Shown: positions 1-7,432 of the stretch, one piece after another
Layout of the letters: every line of letters begins with the position of its first letter
Numbering within the stretch: position 1 is the first letter of the stretch
DNA from: Candidatus Asbonarchaeum danakilense
GTDB lineage: Archaea > Nanohalarchaeota > Nanosalinia > Nanosalinales > Nanoanaerosalinaceae
Length of the DNA stretch: 37,958 nucleotides
Assembly (NCBI GenBank): GCA_034190465.1
Contig: JAXINV010000003.1
Coordinates: forward strand, 99,708-137,665
Reading direction: 5' to 3'
Translations under genes and position numbers: made by a program
Notes under the pieces: generated by a model
What the model saw: only the letters and a program-made list of their open reading frames with translations
Databases searched by the model: none
Told to the model about the DNA's origin: nothing

Positions 1-53
1 GACAAGCCTGCTGGAGACAGCCGGCGACCCGGGTTCAACTCCCGGAGGCCGCA
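1..53 (+). tRNA. 3' part of an intron-containing tRNA (intron tail 1-18, 3' exon ~19-53); probably Trp(CCA) or Gly; 5' part lies outside the window
   Basis: T-arm ccggg-ttcaact-cccgg (29-45), acceptor strand aggccgc plus discriminator A (46-53), no encoded CCA. Upstream ggag+aca fits the 4-bp helix and 3-nt bulge of a BHB splice motif pairing with C32-U33-(C/U)34-C35. Confidence 0.75.
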
Positions 54-105
54 TTCTCGGAGAGAATGCTCGGCCGGGGAACGAGAAACCGCACTGCGGT
101 TTCGA

Positions 106-121
106 TCCCGGAGGCCGCATT
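106..121 (+). repeat. 16-bp direct repeat of the tRNA 3' end (tcccggaggccgcatt; first copy at 40-55)
   Basis: Exact match between 40-55 and 106-121; second copy is preceded by a T-loop-like ttcga. Confidence 0.9.
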
Positions 122-320
122 ACACGTTCTGCTGGTATTCATTGTCGGTGACGAAACGGCGGTTCGAACCCGATGTTGTCGGGTTGGCGATAGCTCCGCT
201 TGATCGGGTCGCATCCTTCCCAAGAGCACTTTGATGAGATTTACATCTCTTAAGCCGTCTGCGGTGCGGCCGAACACTAAAAAAGAACTCCGCTGCTTTA
301 AGGTACACGCGGTGATAACA

Positions 321-1274
321 ATGAGTGACTACACACGGGCGGAACTCCGTGAGAGCGAACAGGCCGGCGTAGCGTTCCCGGTCGGTGACGATGTCCCTGA
401 ACTGTTTGACTACCCTGAACTGGAAGAGGACGCCTCCAAAGCGGTTGTCGGGATGGACCAGGAGGTGAACGAGAACCTCTATCCTGTCGGCGGGGACGGC
501 AATCCCATCCACTATGACCCCGAGTATGCGGCAGCCTATGGAGAGGAGGCTCCCTTCTTCGATGTCCCTGAGGGGGAGACCGTTATCCAGGGATCAGCAT
601 TTATCTACGAGGCAATACGCAACGCCGAGGAGCCTGTTGACAGCGTGAGTGCTGAGTTCCACACCCCCGTGTTCACCGGGCAGGACGTCCGCCTCGAGCG
701 GGAGCGATACGATGAGGGCGAGGAAGTCACCGTCTACGATGCGGAGACTGACGAGTTCGCCTGTCACGTTGACATGGAGTACGGTGACGGCAACCTGGAA
801 GATTACAAGCTTGAGGAGGTCAATGCCGCCCGGGCGATGAAGCCACCACGCGCCGTTGGTGCAGACGACCAGCTCAACAATCTCCTGCTCGCGGTCGACG
901 CTGACCTCGGGCCGGGGAAGGGCGTCGACATTATTACTCACGATCTCCTGGAGGATGATATTGACAGCGATGTTCCCTACAACCGCAGGGATCAATTCAG
1001 CTATCTCGACGGGACAGAGGTCGAGATCAAGCTTGTCGAACCTGATGAGAGGATCGAGAGAGCTGTCAGGGAACGGTACGAAGAGCGAAGCGATACCGAG
1101 GTCGTCGAACCGGAACGTGAGGATCCTGCCGTTCGGGCCATGCAGTTATGGACGGAGGCATGGACGGACATGGTGGATTTCTGGACGGAGACGACCGCTG
1201 CCTCTGTCAAGATAGGTGCTGAGATGACTCCTCCCTACACGGCAGACGCTGACGGGGACGCCAACGCGGGCTAA
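321..1274 (+). CDS. MaoC/hot-dog dehydratase-domain protein with C-terminal extension
   Basis: GDGNPIHYDPEYAA and FHTPVFTG motifs typical of MaoC-like hydratases; SD ggtga at 311-315 before ATG 321; tttaag TATA-like element at ~297. Confidence 0.65.
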   Translation: MSDYTRAELRESEQAGVAFPVGDDVPELFDYPELEEDASKAVVGMDQEVNENLYPVGGDGNPIHYDPEYAAAYGEEAPFFDVPEGETVIQGSAFIYEAIRNAEEPVDSVSAEFHTPVFTGQDVRLERERYDEGEEVTVYDAETDEFACHVDMEYGDGNLEDYKLEEVNAARAMKPPRAVGADDQLNNLLLAVDADLGPGKGVDIITHDLLEDDIDSDVPYNRRDQFSYLDGTEVEIKLVEPDERIERAVRERYEERSDTEVVEPEREDPAVRAMQLWTEAWTDMVDFWTETTAASVKIGAEMTPPYTADADGDANAG

Positions 1275-1628
1275 GCCGGTGTGAAAGAACGCCTCGGATG
1301 CGTTCCGGGCCGGACGTGTTCCTACTGTTTCACCGGTTCAGCCAGATCGTGGCCCCCCTGAAGAGCGGTTTTGTGGCTTCCCACAGCGCGCTGCCGCAGC
1401 GAGACACGACTGATGTCGCGTTGATCGTCAACGGGACCGGCGTCGAAATCAAGGTCCGCTCCAACTCGCTCGAAGCCCGGAATATGCAGCCTGAACTGCT
1501 GATGGACAAGATCGAGACACTCGAGCGCCGTCTCCGAGCTCACCCGGCTGCAGGACCAGGGGTACGCCTACCTCCGACCGTGACCACGTGGCGACGACCT
1601 GATAAACGTCGTGGCCGAAACCCTGTCC

Positions 1629-2240
1629 ATGACCGAGACACCAGTCGATCCCGACCCGCCCGACGCCGCGTTCCACACACAGGGCGTCGACCACATCACG
1701 ATCTGGGGTAGCAACGAGGAAGACACCATCGCGTTCTACCGCGACGTGCTCGGCATGCCGCTCGTACTCCGCCAGCCAAACCTCGACGACCCCGAGCAGA
1801 CCCACCTGTTCTTCGACACCGGCGACGGCCGCATCCTCACCGTCTTCGTCAGCGACGAACGCGACTCCGCCGACCGGCAGCGCGGGCAGACAGGCGCGGT
1901 CCACCACCTCTCCTTCACGATCGCCGCCGAGGACTTCCAGGATATCATGGACGCGCTCGATGAACGTGACAGGCATTACAACGTCTTCGACCGCGGCATC
2001 TTCACCTCGCTGTACACCCAGGACAACAACGGCCTCGTCATCGAGCTCTCCGCCGACCGGTACGAGATCCCTAATGACAGGCGGGGCGAGGTCCTTGCAA
2101 AGACACAGGAGATCCGCAAAGCCGACGGTGCCGACTACGCGGAGGACGACCACCTCCGCCAGGCACTGGACGACCTCGGCATCGAGATCGTCGAACACGA
2201 CCTGCCGGACGCAGCGACAGGTGTCGGGGTCGAGGACTGA
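1629..2240 (+). CDS. VOC (glyoxalase/ring-cleavage dioxygenase) family protein
   Basis: GVDHIT, FYRDVLG, HHLSF and VIEL metal-ligand motifs; alternative GTG start at 1611. Confidence 0.9.
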   Translation: MTETPVDPDPPDAAFHTQGVDHITIWGSNEEDTIAFYRDVLGMPLVLRQPNLDDPEQTHLFFDTGDGRILTVFVSDERDSADRQRGQTGAVHHLSFTIAAEDFQDIMDALDERDRHYNVFDRGIFTSLYTQDNNGLVIELSADRYEIPNDRRGEVLAKTQEIRKADGADYAEDDHLRQALDDLGIEIVEHDLPDAATGVGVED

Positions 2241-2854
2241 TGCCCGACCGCCACCGGCAGGAATCCATGCGGACCGAGGACAACGGCGACAGCGCCGCAG
2301 TCATCCTGCTGCATGGCAGGGGCGCAACCGCCGACAGCATCCTGCAGCTGGGCGAAGAGCTCGCCAGCGACGCCTTCCTCATCGCGCCGCAGGCCCACCG
2401 CAACACCTGGTACCCACACGGCTTCATGGAGCCGCGGGACGACAACCAGCCCTGGCTCGACGCCGCGCTGGACCGTGTCAGCGACGCGTTCGAGGTCGCG
2501 GCCGAGGAAGGATTCACAAGGGAAGACGTCCACCTCATCGGCTTCTCACAGGGCGCCTGCCTCGCCACCGAGTACGCCGCCAGCAACGCCGACCGGTACG
2601 GCAGCGTCTCCGGCCTCAGCGGCGGACTGATCGGGCAGGACGTCGACCAGGAGCGGTACCAGGACAGCATGGACGGTACACCCGTCTTCCTCGGCTGCTC
2701 CGACCAGGACCCGCACATACCCGTCGAACGGGTCGAGGCGACCGCACAGGTCTTCAAAAATCTCGGCGCGGACGTCGACACCCGGCTCTACGAGGGCATG
2801 GGCCACACCGTCAACAGCGACGAGAAAGACGCCATCCAGGCGCTGCTGTCGTGA
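2240..2854 (+). CDS. Phospholipase/carboxylesterase (alpha/beta hydrolase)
   Basis: LHGRG, GFSQG nucleophile elbow, D-P-H-I-P and MGH triad residues; overlaps the VOC stop (tgatg). Confidence 0.9.
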   Translation: MPDRHRQESMRTEDNGDSAAVILLHGRGATADSILQLGEELASDAFLIAPQAHRNTWYPHGFMEPRDDNQPWLDAALDRVSDAFEVAAEEGFTREDVHLIGFSQGACLATEYAASNADRYGSVSGLSGGLIGQDVDQERYQDSMDGTPVFLGCSDQDPHIPVERVEATAQVFKNLGADVDTRLYEGMGHTVNSDEKDAIQALLS

Positions 2855-2899
2855 GCCGTAACGTGTATCAACCTGCGGCAGCAACAGTACAGTGTGACG

Positions 2900-3829
2900 A
2901 TGACCGTCCTCATCTATCCCAGCCACGGCTTCGCTCCCGACGTCCAGGACCATATCGACGTCGACGAACCCGTCATCCATGCCGACGACAGGGAGACGTT
3001 CGAAGACAATCTCTCCGATGCCGACATCGTCATCACCAACCGCTGGGACCATGCATGGGACGGCGAACTCGATCACATCGACCTCATCCAGATCAGCAGC
3101 GCCGGTTACGACCACCTGCCTGTCGACACCTTCCACGACCACGGAGTCCGCGTCGCCAACGCCTCAGGCGTCCATGCCGAACCCATCGCCGAGCACGTGT
3201 TTGCCTACATGCTTGGCCTGGAACGACGCGTCCTCACCTCGTTCCAGGCACAGCAGCGGAAGGAATGGCTTCCCTGGGACGACGACAGCCCCGGTGAACT
3301 GGCAGGGAAGACCCTCACTGTCATCGGGGTCGGCGCGATCGGGCGAGAAATCGCCGCCAAGGCACGGACATTCGGCATGACCATCAACGGCCTCGATCCC
3401 GATGATACAGCAGCCGACCACGTCGACGAGCGTTTCTCACCCAGCGAACTCGAGCAGGCGGTCAGCGACGCTGACTACATCGTCCTCGCCTGCCCGCTCA
3501 ACGACGCCACCGAGGGCATAATCGGTCAGGATGCCTTCACTGCGATGCCGGACCACGCCACACTCGTCAACATCGCCCGCGGCGAGATCATCGAAGAACA
3601 GGCATTGCTCGACGCACTTGGGGATGACATGATAGGCAGCGCCGTACTCGACGTCTTCCACGACGAGCCGCTTCCAGAGGACAGCCCGCTGTGGGAACGC
3701 GACGACGTGATCATCACCCCGCACATCGCCGGCCTGACACCGCGGTACGGCGAGCGGCTGGCAGCGCTGTTCCACGACAACCTGGAGGCGTTCCGGGGCG
3801 GCGACGAGATGCCGACAGAACTCAGCTAG
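2900..3829 (+). CDS. D-2-hydroxyacid dehydrogenase (NAD(P)-dependent)
   Basis: SAGYD, GVGAIG, NIARG, LDVFxxEPL and TPHIAG motifs. Confidence 0.93.
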   Translation: MTVLIYPSHGFAPDVQDHIDVDEPVIHADDRETFEDNLSDADIVITNRWDHAWDGELDHIDLIQISSAGYDHLPVDTFHDHGVRVANASGVHAEPIAEHVFAYMLGLERRVLTSFQAQQRKEWLPWDDDSPGELAGKTLTVIGVGAIGREIAAKARTFGMTINGLDPDDTAADHVDERFSPSELEQAVSDADYIVLACPLNDATEGIIGQDAFTAMPDHATLVNIARGEIIEEQALLDALGDDMIGSAVLDVFHDEPLPEDSPLWERDDVIITPHIAGLTPRYGERLAALFHDNLEAFRGGDEMPTELS

Positions 3830-3830
3830 C

Positions 3831-4604
3831 TCAGACATCGCTGCCGGCGAACGAGGTCTGGCCCTTCAGCCGGTTCCAGGCCGGCAGCTCCCTGATCGGT
3901 GTCAGTCCGTGGACATGCTCGCACAGCTCCTCCCCGATGCTCCCGTCAGGGCCGGGGCAGCCGTCCAGCTGGTGCCTGAAGATCGACACCAGCCGGGCCA
4001 CCACCATCGCGTTCGCCGCGTTGTACAGCATGATGCGGTCGAACGCGTCCCTGCGCCACAGCTTCCTGATGTCCGGCCCCAGCGTGATGAACTTCGCCGG
4101 CGGCTCGATGCCGAAGCGGTCCGTCAGCTCGTCCAGCCCCATCCAGCGCCCGGTACCGTCCTCGCTGTGCCTGTAGTGGCCGCCCGCGACATCCATCGTG
4201 TCGAACGTCGCCAGGTCGTGGAGGAACGACGCATCGATCCCGTGGACCGCAGCCCGGGCCTCAAGCTTCGGAAGATCGTAGCCGTCCGCGTCCAGGTGCT
4301 CGAAGCCGTCCGGGAACGCCACATTGTGCCCGGTCACCGTCACGTCGCCGAACGAGCGCAGATCCTCGAACAGCCGCTGCAGCAGCTCGTCCTCTTCGCG
4401 GAGATCGTCGACCAGCCGGACCAGCGTCTGCATCGTGTCGTCAAGCGCACCGGGATCGAACCGTGTCAGCGCGTAGCCCAGCACCGGTGCGTCGTCGATG
4501 CCCTCGTCCAGGTCGTCCATCGTCTCGATGTCGAGCGCCACCGCCGTCTCATCCCTGTCGAGGAACGTCGCCTCGTCCTCCGAACAGATCGATCGTACCG
4601 TCAT
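3831..4604 (-). CDS. DEDD-family 3'-5' exonuclease-like protein (RNase H-like fold)
   Basis: ExoI LDIET, ExoII GHN...YD, ExoIII-like YNAAN. Confidence 0.7.
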   Translation of the reverse strand: MTVRSICSEDEATFLDRDETAVALDIETMDDLDEGIDDAPVLGYALTRFDPGALDDTMQTLVRLVDDLREEDELLQRLFEDLRSFGDVTVTGHNVAFPDGFEHLDADGYDLPKLEARAAVHGIDASFLHDLATFDTMDVAGGHYRHSEDGTGRWMGLDELTDRFGIEPPAKFITLGPDIRKLWRRDAFDRIMLYNAANAMVVARLVSIFRHQLDGCPGPDGSIGEELCEHVHGLTPIRELPAWNRLKGQTSFAGSDV

Positions 4605-4689
4605 GCCCTGTACCCGACAGCCCGCCGCAGCTATTTAACGGTCCCGGGGGCCCGGCAGACTGAAAAACGTCGCGGGGGAACGCATCCCC

Positions 4690-5004
4690 ATGAGCTACAC
4701 GCGGCGGAACTACGAGGAGGTCAACGATACAAACGGCCTGCACTTCATGCGGGACGCGCTCAAGGCCGACAACCTGGGTTTCACCGTCCTCGAGACGGAC
4801 GAGGGCTGGGAGGGCAAGGAACACGACCACGCCGACGAAGGACATGAAGAGATCTACTTCCTCGTCGAGGGCGACGCCACCCTGGATATCGACGGCGATA
4901 CCGTCTGGCTCGAGGAAGGTGACGCCGTCAGGGTCGATCCTGGCTCCACACGGCAGCTCAGGACGCCCGAACCTTCAACGATCGTCATCGCAGGTGCGCC
5001 GTAG
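4690..5004 (+). CDS. Cupin domain protein
   Basis: EHDH...EEIYFLVEG and GDAVRVDP cupin motifs. Confidence 0.88.
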   Translation: MSYTRRNYEEVNDTNGLHFMRDALKADNLGFTVLETDEGWEGKEHDHADEGHEEIYFLVEGDATLDIDGDTVWLEEGDAVRVDPGSTRQLRTPEPSTIVIAGAP

Positions 5005-5658
5005 ATGCCTGAAGCAGTCATCTTCGACATGGACGGCGTCATCGTCGACTCCGAACGGTACTGGAAGCAGCACGAGGACCGGGTCTACGACGACCTGTTG
5101 CCCGACGGCCTCGACGCATCGAAGGTCCTACAGCAGGTCAAAGGCATGAACTTCAGGGAGATCTACGACTTCCTCCGCCGCGAATACGGCACCAACATCT
5201 CCCGCGACGAGTTCATCAAGCGGTACCACGACATCGCCGAGACCATCTACCAGGACCAGGTCAGCATGATGGACGGCTTCCCCGACCTCGTCCAACAGCT
5301 CAGGGACAGCGGTGCCAGGGTCGGGCTCGCGTCCTCCTCGCCGCCGTCCTGGATCGAGATGGTGCTGGAGCGGTTCGGGCTGGAGGACGCGTTCGACACC
5401 ACGCTCAGCGCCGAGCAGATCGACACCGACGGCAAGCCACAGCCCGGCATCTACCTGGAGGCGGCCGAACGGCTCGGCGTCGATCCCGAGGACTGCACCG
5501 CCGTCGAGGACTCCCCGAACGGCATCATGGCAGCAAAACAGGCCGGGATGCGGTGCATAGCCTACCTGGCACACAGCAACGAGGATGACGACCTCAGCAA
5601 AGCCGACCTGGTTGCCACCGACCCCAACGAGCTAACATCATATCTGCTGGAGGACTGA
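5005..5658 (+). CDS. HAD family phosphatase (beta-phosphoglucomutase-like)
   Basis: FDMDGVIVDS, ASSS, GKPxPxIY and EDSxNG motifs. Confidence 0.93.
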   Translation: MPEAVIFDMDGVIVDSERYWKQHEDRVYDDLLPDGLDASKVLQQVKGMNFREIYDFLRREYGTNISRDEFIKRYHDIAETIYQDQVSMMDGFPDLVQQLRDSGARVGLASSSPPSWIEMVLERFGLEDAFDTTLSAEQIDTDGKPQPGIYLEAAERLGVDPEDCTAVEDSPNGIMAAKQAGMRCIAYLAHSNEDDDLSKADLVATDPNELTSYLLED

Positions 5659-5660
5659 CG

Positions 5661-5861
5661 ATGGAAAGCGGACGGATCGATGTCGTGCTGGACAGCTTGT
5701 TCTACCTCAGCATCGTCCTCATCTCCTTCGGCGCCGGGATGAAATTTGACACCTACCTCGCGTCAGGCAACTACACCATGCTCCTCATCTATGCCGTGTT
5801 CCTGGTCCTCGGCTACACGCAGCTCGTGCTGGGACAGCAGTCTCCGGACTCGGAGGACTAA
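5661..5861 (+). CDS. Small membrane protein (2 predicted TM helices)
   Basis: Two hydrophobic segments; starts 2 nt after the HAD stop. Confidence 0.65.
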   Translation: MESGRIDVVLDSLFYLSIVLISFGAGMKFDTYLASGNYTMLLIYAVFLVLGYTQLVLGQQSPDSED

Positions 5862-5888
5862 AGTACAAAAACAAGCCCCAATAATAGT

Positions 5889-6176
5889 ATGTCGGAAGGT
5901 GTCTCGATGACCGATATCGACGTCGACGAACTCGACGACCAGCCAGAGGTCAAGGAACTACGGATCTATAAGCCCGGTGGACAGTCACGCACCGCAGGGA
6001 AGCGAGCAGTACGAAAGATCAACCGGGAGAACGATGAAGTCACCGTCATGGGAATGAAACCAGGAATCTGTGCCTGGTACTCGGTATATGACAATGAAGA
6101 AGATGACAGTACCAATTTCCTCCGTGTTCTCCCCTGGGAAAGGGTCATCGACGTCCTGGCAGAACGTGAGGACTAG
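5889..6176 (+). CDS. Hypothetical protein
   Basis: Acidic 95-aa ORF after an A-rich spacer; alternative start at 5907. Confidence 0.6.
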   Translation: MSEGVSMTDIDVDELDDQPEVKELRIYKPGGQSRTAGKRAVRKINRENDEVTVMGMKPGICAWYSVYDNEEDDSTNFLRVLPWERVIDVLAERED

Positions 6177-6379
6177 TCCGCCTGGGTGGGACTCCGCTCG
6201 ATTTCACGCAGCTTGCGGCGTGCCTGATCCAGTGCGTCGACGAGAGCATCCACTTCTTTCTCCGAGAAATCTATGTAGCCGGCCTCGTCCCGGATGAAAA
6301 TCGAACCGTCCTGCACACCGACCTCGAACGTGTTCCACTCGTTCTTGCCCGCAGCGATGTCAGCAACTACTTCCTCCAT
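6173..6379 (-). CDS. Hypothetical small protein
   Basis: Acidic 68-aa ORF; SD aggtga upstream on the minus strand; stop overlaps the convergent gene. Confidence 0.65.
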   Translation of the reverse strand: MEEVVADIAAGKNEWNTFEVGVQDGSIFIRDEAGYIDFSEKEVDALVDALDQARRKLREIERSPTQAD

Positions 6380-6463
6380 CGTATCACATAATCACCTTAT
6401 GTCTGCTGATTCTTATAGCTTGGCGGCGCCAGACGTAAAAGCCTCCATCGGCAAGTCCCTTCT

Positions 6464-7201
6464 ATGGAGACGGAGGATGTCCTGCAGCAGCTGGATCTGA
6501 CCGCGTCCGCGACCGACCTCTATCTCACCCTCCTCAGAGAAGGTGAAGGCACCGCGTCAGCGATCGCCAACGAGGCCGGCATCAACCGGCGCCTGGCCTA
6601 CGACAAGTTCGAAGCGCTCGTCGACAAAGGGATCGTCAGCTACGTCGACAAGGAGAACAAGCGCGTCTACAAGCCCACAGACCCACAGAGGCTCGAAGAA
6701 CTGATCGAAGACCGTCGACAGGAGCTGAAAGACCTCGAACAGCAGGTCGACGAGATCCTGCCCCAGCTGATGCGGCAGTACAACAGCGACGAGAGCGATC
6801 GCGAGGTCAAGATCCTCGAGGGTAAGGGAGGACTTAAACAGCTGTTCAACGACGAGCTGCGGCAGGAGGAGAAGATCTACCTCATCGGCTCGCCGATCGA
6901 AGCCGAGGATCTGCTCGAGCACTTCCTGCCGTCCTGGAGTAAGCGCCGTGCCGAGAAAGGCATCGAGATGAAGGGCGTCTTCGAGCACGAGATGCGGGGA
7001 CAGGTCGGGGAGCGCGCGCCGGTCGAGGACCGGTACCTGCCCGAAGGCAAGAAATCCAACGTCTCCGTCGCCATCTACGGCGACACCGTCGGCATCACGT
7101 TCTGGATCCAGGAGCCGCTCGTCATCATGATCAAGGATCAGGACGCGGCAGACTCCTTCATGAGCTACTTCGAGCTGGCCTGGGAGGCCGCAGAACCCTA
7201 G
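6464..7201 (+). CDS. TrmB family transcriptional regulator
   Basis: N-terminal winged HTH (LYLTLL..GEGTASAIA.EAGINR...YD..LVDKGIV), coiled-coil linker, C-terminal effector domain ending YFELAW. Confidence 0.88.
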   Translation: METEDVLQQLDLTASATDLYLTLLREGEGTASAIANEAGINRRLAYDKFEALVDKGIVSYVDKENKRVYKPTDPQRLEELIEDRRQELKDLEQQVDEILPQLMRQYNSDESDREVKILEGKGGLKQLFNDELRQEEKIYLIGSPIEAEDLLEHFLPSWSKRRAEKGIEMKGVFEHEMRGQVGERAPVEDRYLPEGKKSNVSVAIYGDTVGITFWIQEPLVIMIKDQDAADSFMSYFELAWEAAEP

Positions 7202-7253
7202 CGACGACCACCAGCTACATAAACGTGCACGCCCCATCTTCCCGTGATACACC

Positions 7254-7382
7254 ATGGCAACGCGATGTCCCCGCTGCGGCAACTGGATCAAGGAAGGCAA
7301 CAATGAATGCGACCAGTGCGGGTTCTCCGTCGACAGCGGCCGTCAGCACGGCAAGAGCAACGTCGAAGGTAACCCGATGTGA
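7254..7382 (+). CDS. 42-aa CPxCG zinc-finger microprotein (absent from ORF track)
   Basis: MATRCPRCGNWIKEGNNECDQCGFSVDSGRQHGKSNVEGNPM*; gtgat SD-like element upstream. Confidence 0.7.
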   Translation: MATRCPRCGNWIKEGNNECDQCGFSVDSGRQHGKSNVEGNPM

Positions 7383-7400
7383 CCGCGGCCCGCAAACACC

Positions 7401-7408
7401 TTTTTAAA
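7401..7408 (+). promoter_or_regulatory. TATA box of srp54 (likely leaderless transcript)
   Basis: tttttaaa ending 24 nt before ATG 7433, in GC-rich context. Confidence 0.6.
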
Positions 7409-7432
7409 GTCAGCTTTCTCGTAGCGTAAGCA

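Noticed and set aside
6..28. Intronless tRNA-Ser(GGA) fold with loop ctggaga
   Set aside because: Needs a C-C mismatch in the anticodon stem and lacks the long variable arm of tRNA-Ser
1..53. Resemblance to a bacterial tmRNA 3' end (aagcctg...gacccgggttcaactccc)
   Set aside because: The acceptor strand lacks the Ala G3-U70 determinant, and a BHB tRNA intron explains the upstream bases better
231..320. Box C-like tgatga (possible C/D sRNA) and the TTG-started extension of the MaoC ORF
   Set aside because: No box D (ctga) at a suitable distance; the extension is basic, unlike the proteome, and SD/TATA support ATG 321
1960..3297. 445-aa Arg/Pro-rich + strand ORF
   Set aside because: Alternative-frame shadow of the VOC, esterase and dehydrogenase genes, typical of high-GC DNA
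7202..7432. Possible SRP RNA next to srp54
   Set aside because: Too short, no helix-8 motif, and occupied by a zinc-finger ORF and a promoter
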